This document shows, piece by piece, positions 19,184 through 29,276 of a stretch of DNA of 64,000 nucleotides. The DNA is from Thermodesulfobacteriota bacterium. Lineage in GTDB: Bacteria > Desulfobacterota > Desulfarculia > JACQYL01. Below the pieces are notes generated by a model, which worked only from the letters and a program-made list of their open reading frames with translations, was not told the origin of the DNA and did no database searches. Made by a program: the position numbers and the translations under genes. The DNA lies in contig CAXXLZ010000003.1 of NCBI GenBank assembly GCA_963675595.2, positions 96,001 through 160,000 on the forward strand, written 5' to 3'. Each line of letters starts with the position of its first letter. Within the stretch, counting starts at the first letter, position 1.

Positions 19184-20437
19184 TTATAGTAGTTTCCTGA
19201 GGTTGGACGCCATGCGGTTTCCGATGACATCTGCATGAAACCTGGATTCAACATTTCGGCGACCATTGAGCTGATACGACTCCCATTGGTCGGGATGACA
19301 CATAAGGAACAAAACGGCGTCGGAAATTGACCGTGAAGATTTTTCCTTGACCAGAAGTGCGTCAATTTGATGATTAACACACTCTGGAATGCCGCCTACT
19401 CTAGTGGCGATTGGAATACATCCGCTGGCCTGAGCCTCCTGAAGCACCACGCCTTGAGTCTCTGTGTGGTATCTGGTTGATATGCTTGGGAGAACAAATA
19501 GGTGGCAGGTATGATAAAGCTCTAGGAGCTTTGATGAGTCCAAATTGACGTGGAAAGTCACATTCTCAGTCAATTTAAGCTTGGAAGCCAATTCCAAAAG
19601 CTTTGTTCGTTCCGGTCCACTGCCAACAAACTTCCATTGCATCGTGAGTCCTGAATCCAATAGCCTGCGCAGAGCTAATAGCGCATAACGATGCCCCTTA
19701 TCTCTGTGATATCTTCCGACTGTGAGAAGCAATAGGGGTTCATCTGACGTTGGGGGTTTTCTCGGTACAAAGGGAAAGTCCTGAATCGGGAGGCCCTGCG
19801 GTATTATCTCAATCTTTTCCGTTGGGCATCCTATGGATAGAACCTGCTGTTTCGCGTATTCTGTGTTGACGAATACTGATGACAGTTCGGCATATAGGGC
19901 CTTGCGCTTGTTAGGAATGAGAGGCTGAACTCCCTTTGGAAGAAGGCCGTGAAAGGTATAGGCAATCGGTATATTTCGCATGAGCGCTAAAAGCAGAAAC
20001 TCGTAAGCCAAAGATTCACTGTGAGCGTGAATGAGATGAATCTTCTGAAACGTTCGTTCTGATATTCCAAATCGCAGGAGCTTAAGAAAAGTTGATAGTC
20101 GAGGCAGCTTGTATTGTTCTACAGTTCGTGATGTAGTCTTGTATGCTTTAACTGATGCGTGAATAAGACAAATCGGATTTAGTAATGCCGTTTTAATCAT
20201 TGACAGAAAAACTGATGACATTTTCATGTCAAATGGCACCACAAAACGTCTTAGGTTTAGCTGGTCAACTTTACTTTGATAGTCTTTTGGTCGACGGTTG
20301 TTTGAATAAATTTGGATTTCAAAGGAATTAAGCAACAGTTGTTCCAAGTAGGTGTCAATCCATGGCTGATTGAGCTTCGGAAAGCCTGCTGTTACCACAA
20401 GTAGTGTTGTTTTGCTTCCGGGTTTAAGTAAGTACAT
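19184..20437 (-). CDS. Glycosyltransferase family 4 (WcaL-like)
   Basis: TVGRYHRDKG, ETQGVVLQEAQASG, TRVGGIPE. Confidence 0.9.
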   Translation of the reverse strand: MYLLKPGSKTTLLVVTAGFPKLNQPWIDTYLEQLLLNSFEIQIYSNNRRPKDYQSKVDQLNLRRFVVPFDMKMSSVFLSMIKTALLNPICLIHASVKAYKTTSRTVEQYKLPRLSTFLKLLRFGISERTFQKIHLIHAHSESLAYEFLLLALMRNIPIAYTFHGLLPKGVQPLIPNKRKALYAELSSVFVNTEYAKQQVLSIGCPTEKIEIIPQGLPIQDFPFVPRKPPTSDEPLLLLTVGRYHRDKGHRYALLALRRLLDSGLTMQWKFVGSGPERTKLLELASKLKLTENVTFHVNLDSSKLLELYHTCHLFVLPSISTRYHTETQGVVLQEAQASGCIPIATRVGGIPECVNHQIDALLVKEKSSRSISDAVLFLMCHPDQWESYQLNGRRNVESRFHADVIGNRMASNLRKLL

Positions 20438-20529
20438 AAATTATTAAAAGCAACTCGCTTCTGTTGTTATTGATCTAGATAAGCGTGAGAAGCATAAGCT
20501 CAATGCTTGTCTGCCTATCGACTAGCCTA

Positions 20530-22029
20530 TCATCTAGATTGATAACCAGGGAAGAATCGCAGCAGGAAAAGGCGTGCTGATCTGATTCTGAGAAGCGGAA
20601 CTGATATGAGAATAGAAGCGCCCAGGAAAAATAATAGTCTGATCATAATGTCAAGAATAATAGTGTCGATAGAAATGAAAAAATAGCCTACTGAACAAAC
20701 TACTACGCTGATTGCAAGCTGATAAGCTAATGGTGGTAGTTTGATACCCATGTCATAGTGTTTTTTGCCTGATATGTGAACTATAATGAAGTGTAGGGCA
20801 TTGGCGAGCAGATAGGCCATCGCAGCGCCTACATGCCCTGCGACGGGTATGAGGCCGAGATAAAGGAAGGTGACAAAAATAGCGGTTAGATAATTGTTTC
20901 GTGTTATATAGACGGTTCGTTCCTTAACCAAGAAACTGAAATTTGAAAAGGCTACGAGACAGGTGAACAGGGTGCCGAAGGCAAGGAAAGGGACCGCTTC
21001 GGCTGCTCGATGATAGGCTTCATCAGCCATGATTTTGATTATTGGAGGAGCAAAAATGGCAACAGCTAGTGAGGCTAAGACTAATAAAGTACTTATGAAA
21101 ATGAAGACATTCCGGAAAAGTGATTCCGTGTTACCTTTGCGATAATATTTAAAACGCTCGATTTGCCAATATTGGGCGAAAGGCTGCCAGACCAGGGGTG
21201 AAATTACTGTGCCGAATTTTGTGGCCAGTTCATACAGCCCTACCGAATCGAGGGAAGAAAAAATGCGCAGGAAATAGCGATTTGCGGAACCGACATAAAG
21301 TGCGGCAAAACTGGCTATCCAGAGAGGCCAGCAGAAGCGCATCATTCTTCTGGCCAATTGGGGGTCGAAAGTGCAGTTAACCCGTCGTAGTGTGTAACCT
21401 ACCAGCAGTAAGGCAAAAAATCCGGACGCCGCCATAGATCCGATGGCAACACCCATTACGCCCATACTGAGGAATACGACCAACCAGAGATTTAAGCTGA
21501 GCTGTACGATCAACTTAAAAAGATTGGCGCTGATATACAACCATGGTCGTTGTTGAAGCCGCAAATAGATCAATGCGTAGTTTTCGAGGCCCTGGGTGAG
21601 AATCATGACCGAGAAGAATCCAACGATTGCGGCATATTCCGAGGTTCCGTAAAGACTCATGGATAATGGAACTCTGAATGCAATCATGATGATTACGCTG
21701 ATTGCACTTACGGCCGAAGTGATGATCAAAGCCGTGGAAACCACTGAAGAACGAGCTTGGTCGTCTTGTGCGTCGAAGTAGTATTTGGGCACGGCCAAGC
21801 CGAGTCGAGCTCCGAACAGCAGCTCGATCAGACTGACGGCGAAGGTCATCAGGCCGATTACACCATAATCTGCAGGCGTGAGAAATCGGGTATAGATCGG
21901 CAGCATGATGAATCCGACAAGTTGCCTCAAAATATTGCCTAAGGCGTAAATGCCCGCATGGCCGATGAGACGGCGTGCGCCAGAGAACCCGGGTTTGGTC
22001 GTCGTAAACAATCCTATTTCCCTCTCCAA
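20530..22029 (-). CDS. wzx: Polysaccharide flippase (Wzx family)
   Basis: Multi-TM protein; LPIYTRFLTPADYG N-terminus, VGLYELA. Confidence 0.85.
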   Translation of the reverse strand: MEREIGLFTTTKPGFSGARRLIGHAGIYALGNILRQLVGFIMLPIYTRFLTPADYGVIGLMTFAVSLIELLFGARLGLAVPKYYFDAQDDQARSSVVSTALIITSAVSAISVIIMIAFRVPLSMSLYGTSEYAAIVGFFSVMILTQGLENYALIYLRLQQRPWLYISANLFKLIVQLSLNLWLVVFLSMGVMGVAIGSMAASGFFALLLVGYTLRRVNCTFDPQLARRMMRFCWPLWIASFAALYVGSANRYFLRIFSSLDSVGLYELATKFGTVISPLVWQPFAQYWQIERFKYYRKGNTESLFRNVFIFISTLLVLASLAVAIFAPPIIKIMADEAYHRAAEAVPFLAFGTLFTCLVAFSNFSFLVKERTVYITRNNYLTAIFVTFLYLGLIPVAGHVGAAMAYLLANALHFIIVHISGKKHYDMGIKLPPLAYQLAISVVVCSVGYFFISIDTIILDIMIRLLFFLGASILISVPLLRIRSARLFLLRFFPGYQSR

Positions 22030-23168
22030 TCACGAGAATTCCAAGATTGGTAGGTTTCTTTGAAGGCACTCAGCAGCGCCTGATGGGTCTTTGCCAGTGA
22101 ATAGTGTCGGACGGCAATACGAGCTTTAGAACCCAGTCGTATTCTAAGCGCCTCATCCCTCAACAGAGTGAGAAGGATTTGAGTGGCTGCGGAAACATCC
22201 CCCTCGGGATAGATCAGACCTGTGACATTGTGCTCGGTTGCCCCGCACACCGAAGGGTTGTTAGGCACCACCAGAGGGAGGCCTGCCCGCATATATTCGA
22301 GTATGGAAAGAGAATAGCCGACTTCCCCGCGAGAGGGATGAATAGCGATGTGGGCTGCTTCGATGAGGGAGGATACGTCACTACGGCGGCCTGTAAAGGT
22401 GCAACGATCGGAAACGCCCTTCGTCCTCGCGGTGTCCTTGAATGCATCAAGATCCGGGCCATCACCGATAAATACGAAATGGAGACTCTCGTCACCGGAT
22501 GATCGCAAACGCACCAGGCATTCGAGAACGAACTCCACGCCTTTGTATCGACTGGCCCTGGAGGTCATTACCAGAAGTACTTTTTCTTCGGGAATGTGAA
22601 AGAGACCGTGGAGATCGGCGGGAACGACCGTCGCGCTCAGGGGTGGAAGGCCGTTGGGCGCCGAGCGGCATCGGCTCGGAGGGAGTCCGTTGACCTGTAT
22701 CAAGCGTCGACGAACGAATTCGGTAGCTCCGATGGCGCTATCGACACTCAACCATGGGAGACGATGCAGCGATCGCTTCAGCAGGCCCTTAATTCCCAGG
22801 GCGGGAGTGCGTACCCCGGGGGTATGGTCGTGGATGATGATGGAGCGCACCCCAAAGAGCCGATACAGCAGGTATCGCCAATGCAATGTGGGGCGATCGG
22901 AAAAATAGACGCTCCGGACCCTGTGACGTTTGAGGAATTTGCACTGGGAAATAACTTGAGCAATATCCGAGCTGGAGAAGTCTTGCCTGACGATCCGAAT
23001 GGGTGCGTCAACGATGGCCTTGGGGATGGTGCTGATGGAAGGGTAAGCCAGCAAAACGTTTAGGCGGCCGTGAAAGCGTTCGGCAAGTCGCACCCAAAGG
23101 CTTTCCATGAGCCACCAGGCATACCCCACCGATGAATCGTAGTTGGCGACCAATAAGAGAGCGTTCAT
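22014..23168 (-). CDS. Glycosyltransferase family 4
   Basis: APNGL, SRASRYKG, GDGPD, GEVGYSLSILEYM; ATG 23168 overlaps upstream stop. Confidence 0.85.
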   Translation of the reverse strand: MNALLLVANYDSSVGYAWWLMESLWVRLAERFHGRLNVLLAYPSISTIPKAIVDAPIRIVRQDFSSSDIAQVISQCKFLKRHRVRSVYFSDRPTLHWRYLLYRLFGVRSIIIHDHTPGVRTPALGIKGLLKRSLHRLPWLSVDSAIGATEFVRRRLIQVNGLPPSRCRSAPNGLPPLSATVVPADLHGLFHIPEEKVLLVMTSRASRYKGVEFVLECLVRLRSSGDESLHFVFIGDGPDLDAFKDTARTKGVSDRCTFTGRRSDVSSLIEAAHIAIHPSRGEVGYSLSILEYMRAGLPLVVPNNPSVCGATEHNVTGLIYPEGDVSAATQILLTLLRDEALRIRLGSKARIAVRHYSLAKTHQALLSAFKETYQSWNSRDWRGK

Positions 23169-23944
23169 CCGCCGCAAGTTCGAAATCTTCGGTTGGAAAT
23201 CCCCATGCGCGTCCGTATCCCGTCGAATTCGTAGCCGAAGTTATCAATATCCCGCTCGTACAGCTTGCGAACCTTTTCCAAGGCATCGGCGGTGTAGATA
23301 CCACGGTAGTCGGTGCGTTGAGATGCATTAGTGTGAGCCAATCGGCCTTTGATACCCAACCTGTCGGCGACCAGGTCGAAATCGCCGGGAAGGGTTTCGA
23401 AATAGCCGAGATGGTCGAGGAGTGGGCGCCCGCGTCCGTCACAGATGAAATCGCTCTGGGGCCTCAGGTGAATATGACTGCCGAGCTTTTCCGGTTCCAG
23501 CCATTCGAGCACGAATGTGTTGAAGTCGGGAATATTGCTCAGATTTTGTCGGTACCATTCACGATCTTTGGAGTTCCAACCACCACCCTGAAGATAGGAA
23601 TAAGCGGAATAAAGCCGATCCCACGGGTTGCGAACAAATGCGAACTTGAAATAGTCATTGAAGGTCTTCCGTCCGAAAATGACCCGGTACTGAATTGCGG
23701 TATAATGATAGGGCAATTCGCCGAAAAGGCTCTTTGCCACGGATGTCCCTGCCGATTTCGAAACGTGGATGAAAATGCATTGGTGCCGATCAAAGGCTCT
23801 TAGAGAGAAGTCTCCCTTGGGTGAAGGGTACACGATGCTGCGGATGATGTGGAAAGCTCTTGGATTACGCAGCTTGTGCAGCCAATATCTGAGTTCCTCG
23901 GAAAAAAGTGAACGATAGAGCCTTCGAAGGTGCCGCCTGTCCAT
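23165..23944 (-). CDS. Sulfotransferase family 2
   Basis: FIHVSKSAGTS, FVRNPWDRLYSAY, HLRPQ, YERDIDNFGY. Confidence 0.9.
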   Translation of the reverse strand: MDRRHLRRLYRSLFSEELRYWLHKLRNPRAFHIIRSIVYPSPKGDFSLRAFDRHQCIFIHVSKSAGTSVAKSLFGELPYHYTAIQYRVIFGRKTFNDYFKFAFVRNPWDRLYSAYSYLQGGGWNSKDREWYRQNLSNIPDFNTFVLEWLEPEKLGSHIHLRPQSDFICDGRGRPLLDHLGYFETLPGDFDLVADRLGIKGRLAHTNASQRTDYRGIYTADALEKVRKLYERDIDNFGYEFDGIRTRMGISNRRFRTCGG

Positions 23945-23967
23945 GAGAGAATGCTTTTTATTCAGGT

Positions 23968-24807
23968 CTATTGGCCTGGAGGGGTATAACCGTGCGTATC
24001 AATGATGACGGATTCTCTAGAAGCTACCAATTCAATGGTCACAGGATCATAATAGTGCTCGGCGGTGAGGTGTCTTGACGAATTTGTCTTATTCTTGCTC
24101 TCGGTAATGAATTGGGCCTTCAGCTCCGTCGATAGGTCATAGCCTGCCAGAGATAACGCATGGAGGAGGTCCGTTTCCAGATGCTCATTGCGTATGACGA
24201 ATCCGACCAGCCGTTTTGATTCCAAAGCCTCGCGGACTCCACTCTGTTGTGCGAGCGACGTATCTTTGTAGAGCAACGGCCCCAAGTTGGTAAACAGTTT
24301 TAGATACCTGTAGGTCATCAAACCATGACGTTGGGCTACGGGGCTAAAGCCGAATCCTTCCCCTACATCGAATCGGCGTTTGTCGTCGAATATCAACTTC
24401 AGCCAATTTCGAAAGGCGATTACGTCCCCAAAATCCCTGTAACATGCCTGCCAGGTCCGCACAGGTTTGATGAAGTCCTGAAGCAATTGGCGTCCAAACA
24501 CGGCAGGGGGAAGTCTTCGAAAACCCATTTCACCGTGAAGCTGTCTGTTGAGGTAACGCAAATCGAATCGGTGTGTCGTTTGCTGAAAAACACTACCTTT
24601 CCCAGCACAACCAAAGGCCCACAGGGAAACATACCATTCCCAAGGATTACGAACAGATCCTATCAGAAATCGATCCCAGAGTTCAGGGGGCACGCGATTG
24701 TGTTTGCCGATCTGCTTGCCGCCCGCCAGCCGACTCAGCCACTTACAGACGTGAGTGCCTCCGGTCTTGTGCAATTCGGTGAACACCAGCCGATCAGCTA
24801 CGAACAT
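23968..24807 (-). CDS. Sulfotransferase family 2-like protein
   Basis: FTELHKTGGT, VRNPWEWYVSLW, IRNEHL; start at ATG 24807 after aaaaaggt. Confidence 0.75.
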   Translation of the reverse strand: MFVADRLVFTELHKTGGTHVCKWLSRLAGGKQIGKHNRVPPELWDRFLIGSVRNPWEWYVSLWAFGCAGKGSVFQQTTHRFDLRYLNRQLHGEMGFRRLPPAVFGRQLLQDFIKPVRTWQACYRDFGDVIAFRNWLKLIFDDKRRFDVGEGFGFSPVAQRHGLMTYRYLKLFTNLGPLLYKDTSLAQQSGVREALESKRLVGFVIRNEHLETDLLHALSLAGYDLSTELKAQFITESKNKTNSSRHLTAEHYYDPVTIELVASRESVIIDTHGYTPPGQ

Positions 24808-26170
24808 ACCTTTTTTCCGGGCTGTGGCCAAAAGAGTCGGAAGGAGTACTAAGAGGCACGCCGCGGACCATGGGAGCGGTCGTCTCATTTTGATTGAAGG
24901 TCATTATTGATGTGACCAAGGATAGGTGTATCCAGAAAAAGGGATAATAAGTCACAGTAACAAACTGGCCAGCGACGACGAACCCAATAAGCGCCAGATT
25001 CATTCCCTTGGTCATATACATCAGGAAGTCATCGTCGGCTTTCCGAGCCTCTTTTCCGATGTGATGCATCATAAAAAAACTGGCTGCAATCAAAAATACA
25101 AATACGGAAAGCCCCGAAAAACCGGCATCGGTACCTACTTGAATAAAGATATTATGTGGAAGTTCCGAATGATCTCCGAGTTTGTTCAATACTATATCAT
25201 CTAAACAATAAGATGAATAATAGGGCCTGAAATTGTTATACCCAACTCCTAACCACGGATGATCTTTAATCATCTGCCATCCGTGTTTCCAGTACAGGAG
25301 TCGTTGGATTGACGTGTCGTCGCTGCCTATATCCTCAAAGCGTGCTTTTTGCTGATCCGGAAGGAGTGCGAATCCTATGACCCCGATGAGACCGATAAGG
25401 ATGAATGTCCTGATCCGGTGTTTGGTCATGGCAATGAGCGCCAAGACTTGGACCGCCAAGGCAAGTTGGCCTCCTCGGGTATTGGTTCCAAGCACGGTTA
25501 GAATCGCCGTGATCGGCATCGAGTGCAACAGCCATACTTGCCAACGCTTGAGGTACGTTTTAATTCCTATTGTAAAGAATAGGGCCATGGGCGCGAACAC
25601 GAGCATTTGAATGGCCAGTTCCCCGGGGTTCTGGAAAAATCCCTGTGGGCCGGCCAATCCCCAATCTGCAAAAGCGAAACCGCGGAGGGCGAGGGTCCTT
25701 GCGCCATATTGGGAGAGTTTGAGACTGGCCAGTAGGAAGATGATTAGAATGGTAATGAATTGCTTTCGACTGGTAATGGTCTGAGTCAAGACAAAATAGA
25801 CCACGACCCAGTTGAAAAAACCCATGAACCCTTCCCAAGAGAACTGCGGCCAATAGGCAAAAAATGAGGACAATATGATCAAGAACAAGAACAGAAAAAT
25901 CCCGCTCGTGAGTTTGTTCCAGACGAGTTGCTTTTTCTCTTGAGATAACCATCCTATAAAAGCCAATAGGACAAACGTTCGAGCCCAATACGGGTAGGAA
26001 TCGAAAACGGACCAGATTGCCTGGGGACGAATATATTCGAAGAATAGGTACAGACAAGACATTTTGAAGGCAAATGTTTCAGCAGATAAGGCCCTCCACA
26101 GCGTCCCCGGGTTCAGTCTGTAAATATCGGCAATGTCTACGCTTGCCGGCTGTATGGATGCTGGTCTCAA
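24794..26170 (-). CDS. O-antigen ligase/Wzy-like polymerase (exosortase-system associated)
   Basis: Multi-TM; QNPGELA, TNTRGG, GVGYNNF, PHNIFIQV motifs. Confidence 0.85.
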   Translation of the reverse strand: MRPASIQPASVDIADIYRLNPGTLWRALSAETFAFKMSCLYLFFEYIRPQAIWSVFDSYPYWARTFVLLAFIGWLSQEKKQLVWNKLTSGIFLFLFLIILSSFFAYWPQFSWEGFMGFFNWVVVYFVLTQTITSRKQFITILIIFLLASLKLSQYGARTLALRGFAFADWGLAGPQGFFQNPGELAIQMLVFAPMALFFTIGIKTYLKRWQVWLLHSMPITAILTVLGTNTRGGQLALAVQVLALIAMTKHRIRTFILIGLIGVIGFALLPDQQKARFEDIGSDDTSIQRLLYWKHGWQMIKDHPWLGVGYNNFRPYYSSYCLDDIVLNKLGDHSELPHNIFIQVGTDAGFSGLSVFVFLIAASFFMMHHIGKEARKADDDFLMYMTKGMNLALIGFVVAGQFVTVTYYPFFWIHLSLVTSIMTFNQNETTAPMVRGVPLSTPSDSFGHSPEKRYVRS

Positions 26171-26179
26171 ACTACTGAC

Positions 26180-26563
26180 TCATGCGGCCAGAACATTTCT
26201 AAAAAATGAGATATTTCTTCGCTGAGGGTCTATAATATTTTCCTGCATTCCATTGTGTTGTCGGTATGGCGATTCCGTCGCAAGCTGAACAAAGACGCCG
26301 TCGTTTCTATTCATAAGCACTTTTCCAAAAACTTGATCCATGTTCTGTTCGATACCGGAAGTGAACACCCGACCATCATCCGACTGATACCAATGGAGCA
26401 TGACTTCATACACGTTTTGTTTGACGGCCAAGACATAATTCACTGGGATTGAACGGTTTTTCCCCGGCAGACTCAGGCGGATTTCATTCGTTTCGAGAAT
26501 GCCCCATCCGGCGCCCGGAAGGCAGGCATAGGGATTGTGACCGGTTCTTCCGTCTTGGAAATG
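26180..26563 (-). pseudogene. epsI: 3' remnant of a second EpsI-family gene truncated by IS
   Basis: GRTGHNPYACLPGAGWGIL...HWYQS...RNDGVFVQ matches the C-terminal half of 29277-29951; 5' half missing; ORF ATG lies inside the IS inverted repeat. Confidence 0.85.
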
Positions 26564-27750
26564 TGTCCCCATTTAATTGATACTACAAGGAGTCTCGCTT
26601 AAGATTGCCCCGGAGTGGCTACAGTTTCCAAGGGGGGTAATCGATGGTCGAACTTGAGGGATGTTTCTGTCCGAACCAAGAATGCAAGGATTATGGGTTG
26701 CGCAATCGAGGCAACATTGCCGTTCGTGGCAAATACAGCAAGGATAAAAGCCGCGAACTGCTTTCCTGCCGGCCCTTTGGCAAACGCTTTGCGGCCACCG
26801 GATCCAGCGCGCTGTTTGGTCTGCATCTGCTGGCCGAAACGATTCGTCAGATCATCCATCATGCAGCCGAGGGCGGGAGGTCCGGGCCACGGGGCGTCTG
26901 CTGGAATTGGACAAGGACACGGTAAATCGGGTAATCCTGCGGCCGGCGAGCATTGCGCGTCCGTGCTCTCCAGCCTGTTGGCCTCGCCGGAGATGACCGA
27001 GGCGCAACTGGATGATCTGTGGACCTCTGTAAAAAAAAGCAACATTCTGGCACCGCCCAAGACACCGAGGAGCGGTACGGGCGGACATGGATCTGGACGG
27101 CCATCGACGTCCCCACACGATTGCTGATCACGTTCTGGATCGGCGGGCGAGAATTGGACGATGCCCGGCGGATGCTTCAGGACTTGATCGCTCGCGTTCG
27201 AGGTAAGCCCCTGTTCGTATCGGACGAACTGCCGCATTACGCCCCACGGTTTTAGAGGAATTGTTCCACCGGCTGGTGCCGCCTGCACAAACAGGGAAGC
27301 CGGGGCGGCCCAAGAATCCCGAGCGGGCGATCGACGCGGACCTGGACTACGCCACGGTTCACAAGACCCGCGAATGCGATCGGGTGGTTAAGGTGGAGCG
27401 CCGGGTGGTCTTCGGAAGTGAGCACAGCATGTACGGACTGTTGGAGGATTCACCCAGCCATACCATCAATACCGCCTTCCTCGAACGATCCAATCCTCAT
27501 TGGCGGCTGTGGGATGCTCATTTGGTGTGCAAAGCCCCTACCTTCGCGCGCTCGTTGCGCTGGTTTCGGGCCAAGTTCGCCATCTGCGTGGCTTGCTACA
27601 ATTTGATCCGTCCTCACGAAACGCTTAGCCGAGGCAAGGACCGGGTATTCCGACCCAAGACCCCCGCCATGGCGACAAACGTAACGGACCATCCGTGGTC
27701 GTTTTTGGAGTTGTTGATGCATTCAATCCTTTGTTAATGATATGGGGACA
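26564..27750 (+). mobile_element. IS1-family insertion sequence, degenerate
   Basis: Terminal IRs tgtccccatttaattga / revcomp tgtccccatatcattaa; flanked by TG on both sides. Confidence 0.8.
26644..27737 (+). pseudogene. IS1-family transposase in four frame segments
   Basis: Zn-ribbon CPNQEC; EAQLDDLWTSVKK; WIWTAID; SDELPHY; INTAFLERSN; YNLIRPH. A8 run at 27031-27038 joins frames by -1; two further frame breaks. Confidence 0.8.
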
Positions 27751-27885
27751 TGAGCAAATAACTCGTGTCCGAACATATTCAAAGAAGAGATAGGCGCAGG
27801 ATAACTTAAAGGAAATGCTCTCAAAAGAGAATGACGTCCATAGTTGTAAAGGCATAATATTTAGATTGTTAAAACTGGTTATTTA
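27751..27885 (-). pseudogene. 5' remnant of a second O-antigen ligase/Wzy gene truncated by IS
   Basis: LWTSFSFESISFKLSCAYLFFEYVR aligns with LWRALSAETFAFKMSCLYLFFEYIR at the N-terminus of 24794-26170. Confidence 0.75.
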
Positions 27886-28000
27886 TACTTGCAAGATAAA
27901 GGTGTTGAAGAGGTGCTTTTGGCGGTGTTGATATAGGTCCTATGCGAGAATAAATAAGTATATATAATAATATATTTAATATATCTATCTTAGTGCGTAA

Positions 28001-29215
28001 CTAAAGTATTCCTGAAAGCAACTGTGAGGATTTATCCCAAGAATACATCTCATTGACAAGAATACGAGCTTGTTTAGATACCAGATTCCAAATTAATGGA
28101 TGTTCTATAAGTAGTGATACGGATGATATAAGTTGTTGTTCCGTATTTGCTATTATTGCATGATAGCCAGAAACCAGTGAAATTCCAGCGGCTCCTTCTA
28201 TCGTTGTAATCAACGGAATTCCCATCGCCATGGCCTCAAGGTGCTTGTTTTTCATACCTGCTCCAAGTCTCATCGGAGAGAAGAAAATAGCGCTTTTCAT
28301 GACAGCTTTTCTGATATCCTTAACTCGTCCAGTGATTTCAACGTCGGGGCTGAGATCGGCCAGCTTTATTAGTTCGGATTTTGGATTTGGCCCAACGATC
28401 TTCAGTTTGAGATCCGGATACATCGTCTTGAGTCTTGGCCAAAGTGAGTCTAGGCAGTACATCATAGCATCATGATTAGGATCATAATTCATTACACCTG
28501 TAAAGCATAGAACGTAGGAGTCTTGTGTTGGTTTCACAATATCTGGATTAAAATAGTCTGTGTCTACTCCGTTTGGGATGATGTCTATGTTTGATTTTGG
28601 AATTGACAGAGAAAGCCACTTTTTATCTGACTTTGATATAACTGTAAGCTTCTTACACTTTGACAAATACTTGTACTCCCAGATAATTGTCAATATCATA
28701 TTATAGATCATCGATAGTTTGGTGCGAACACATGATGAAGATAGGAAGATATTTTTCTGGAAGCGCAGTGTAGAATCGCAGACATCGCAAATGACATTTA
28801 AGTTAGATAGATCGTATAAATAGTAACCATATGTAGAAGCATGAGAGCAATAAATAGCGTCATAACGATATCGATCAAGAAGGCCTAATAAGGCCTTATG
28901 GAACTCGATGTTATAGCTTGGCCATGAATATAAATAACGGCTTGGAAAATAGTTGTATAGCTTAGTGTGTTGGTTAATTTTATGTCGATGGTGTGTTGAA
29001 GTGTTAACAAAGTACTCAGCAGCGAAGAAATTTGTGTTTATTTCGGTTTCTTTAAAAGATGAATTTGAACACGTAATTAACTCAATATTGTAATTGTATG
29101 ATATTGTGTTTAACAGATTGTAAATTCTAAGTGCGATTCCATTTTGGATTGCACATGGGTGAATAATAGGAGAAACTACTAAAAGTGACGATTTATTTAG
29201 TTTTGAACTGTACAT
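28001..29215 (-). CDS. Glycosyltransferase family 4 (AT-rich)
   Basis: IPNGVD, FTGVMNYDPN, GAGMKNKHLEAMAMG. Confidence 0.85.
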   Translation of the reverse strand: MYSSKLNKSSLLVVSPIIHPCAIQNGIALRIYNLLNTISYNYNIELITCSNSSFKETEINTNFFAAEYFVNTSTHHRHKINQHTKLYNYFPSRYLYSWPSYNIEFHKALLGLLDRYRYDAIYCSHASTYGYYLYDLSNLNVICDVCDSTLRFQKNIFLSSSCVRTKLSMIYNMILTIIWEYKYLSKCKKLTVISKSDKKWLSLSIPKSNIDIIPNGVDTDYFNPDIVKPTQDSYVLCFTGVMNYDPNHDAMMYCLDSLWPRLKTMYPDLKLKIVGPNPKSELIKLADLSPDVEITGRVKDIRKAVMKSAIFFSPMRLGAGMKNKHLEAMAMGIPLITTIEGAAGISLVSGYHAIIANTEQQLISSVSLLIEHPLIWNLVSKQARILVNEMYSWDKSSQLLSGIL

Positions 29216-29276
29216 TTTTAAATAGCGATATTTATCAATTTAATTTGTTTTGTTACAGTATTTTATTATGAAAATA

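Noticed and set aside
26599-27288. 229-aa minus-strand ORF inside the IS
   Set aside because: Antisense to transposase fragments.
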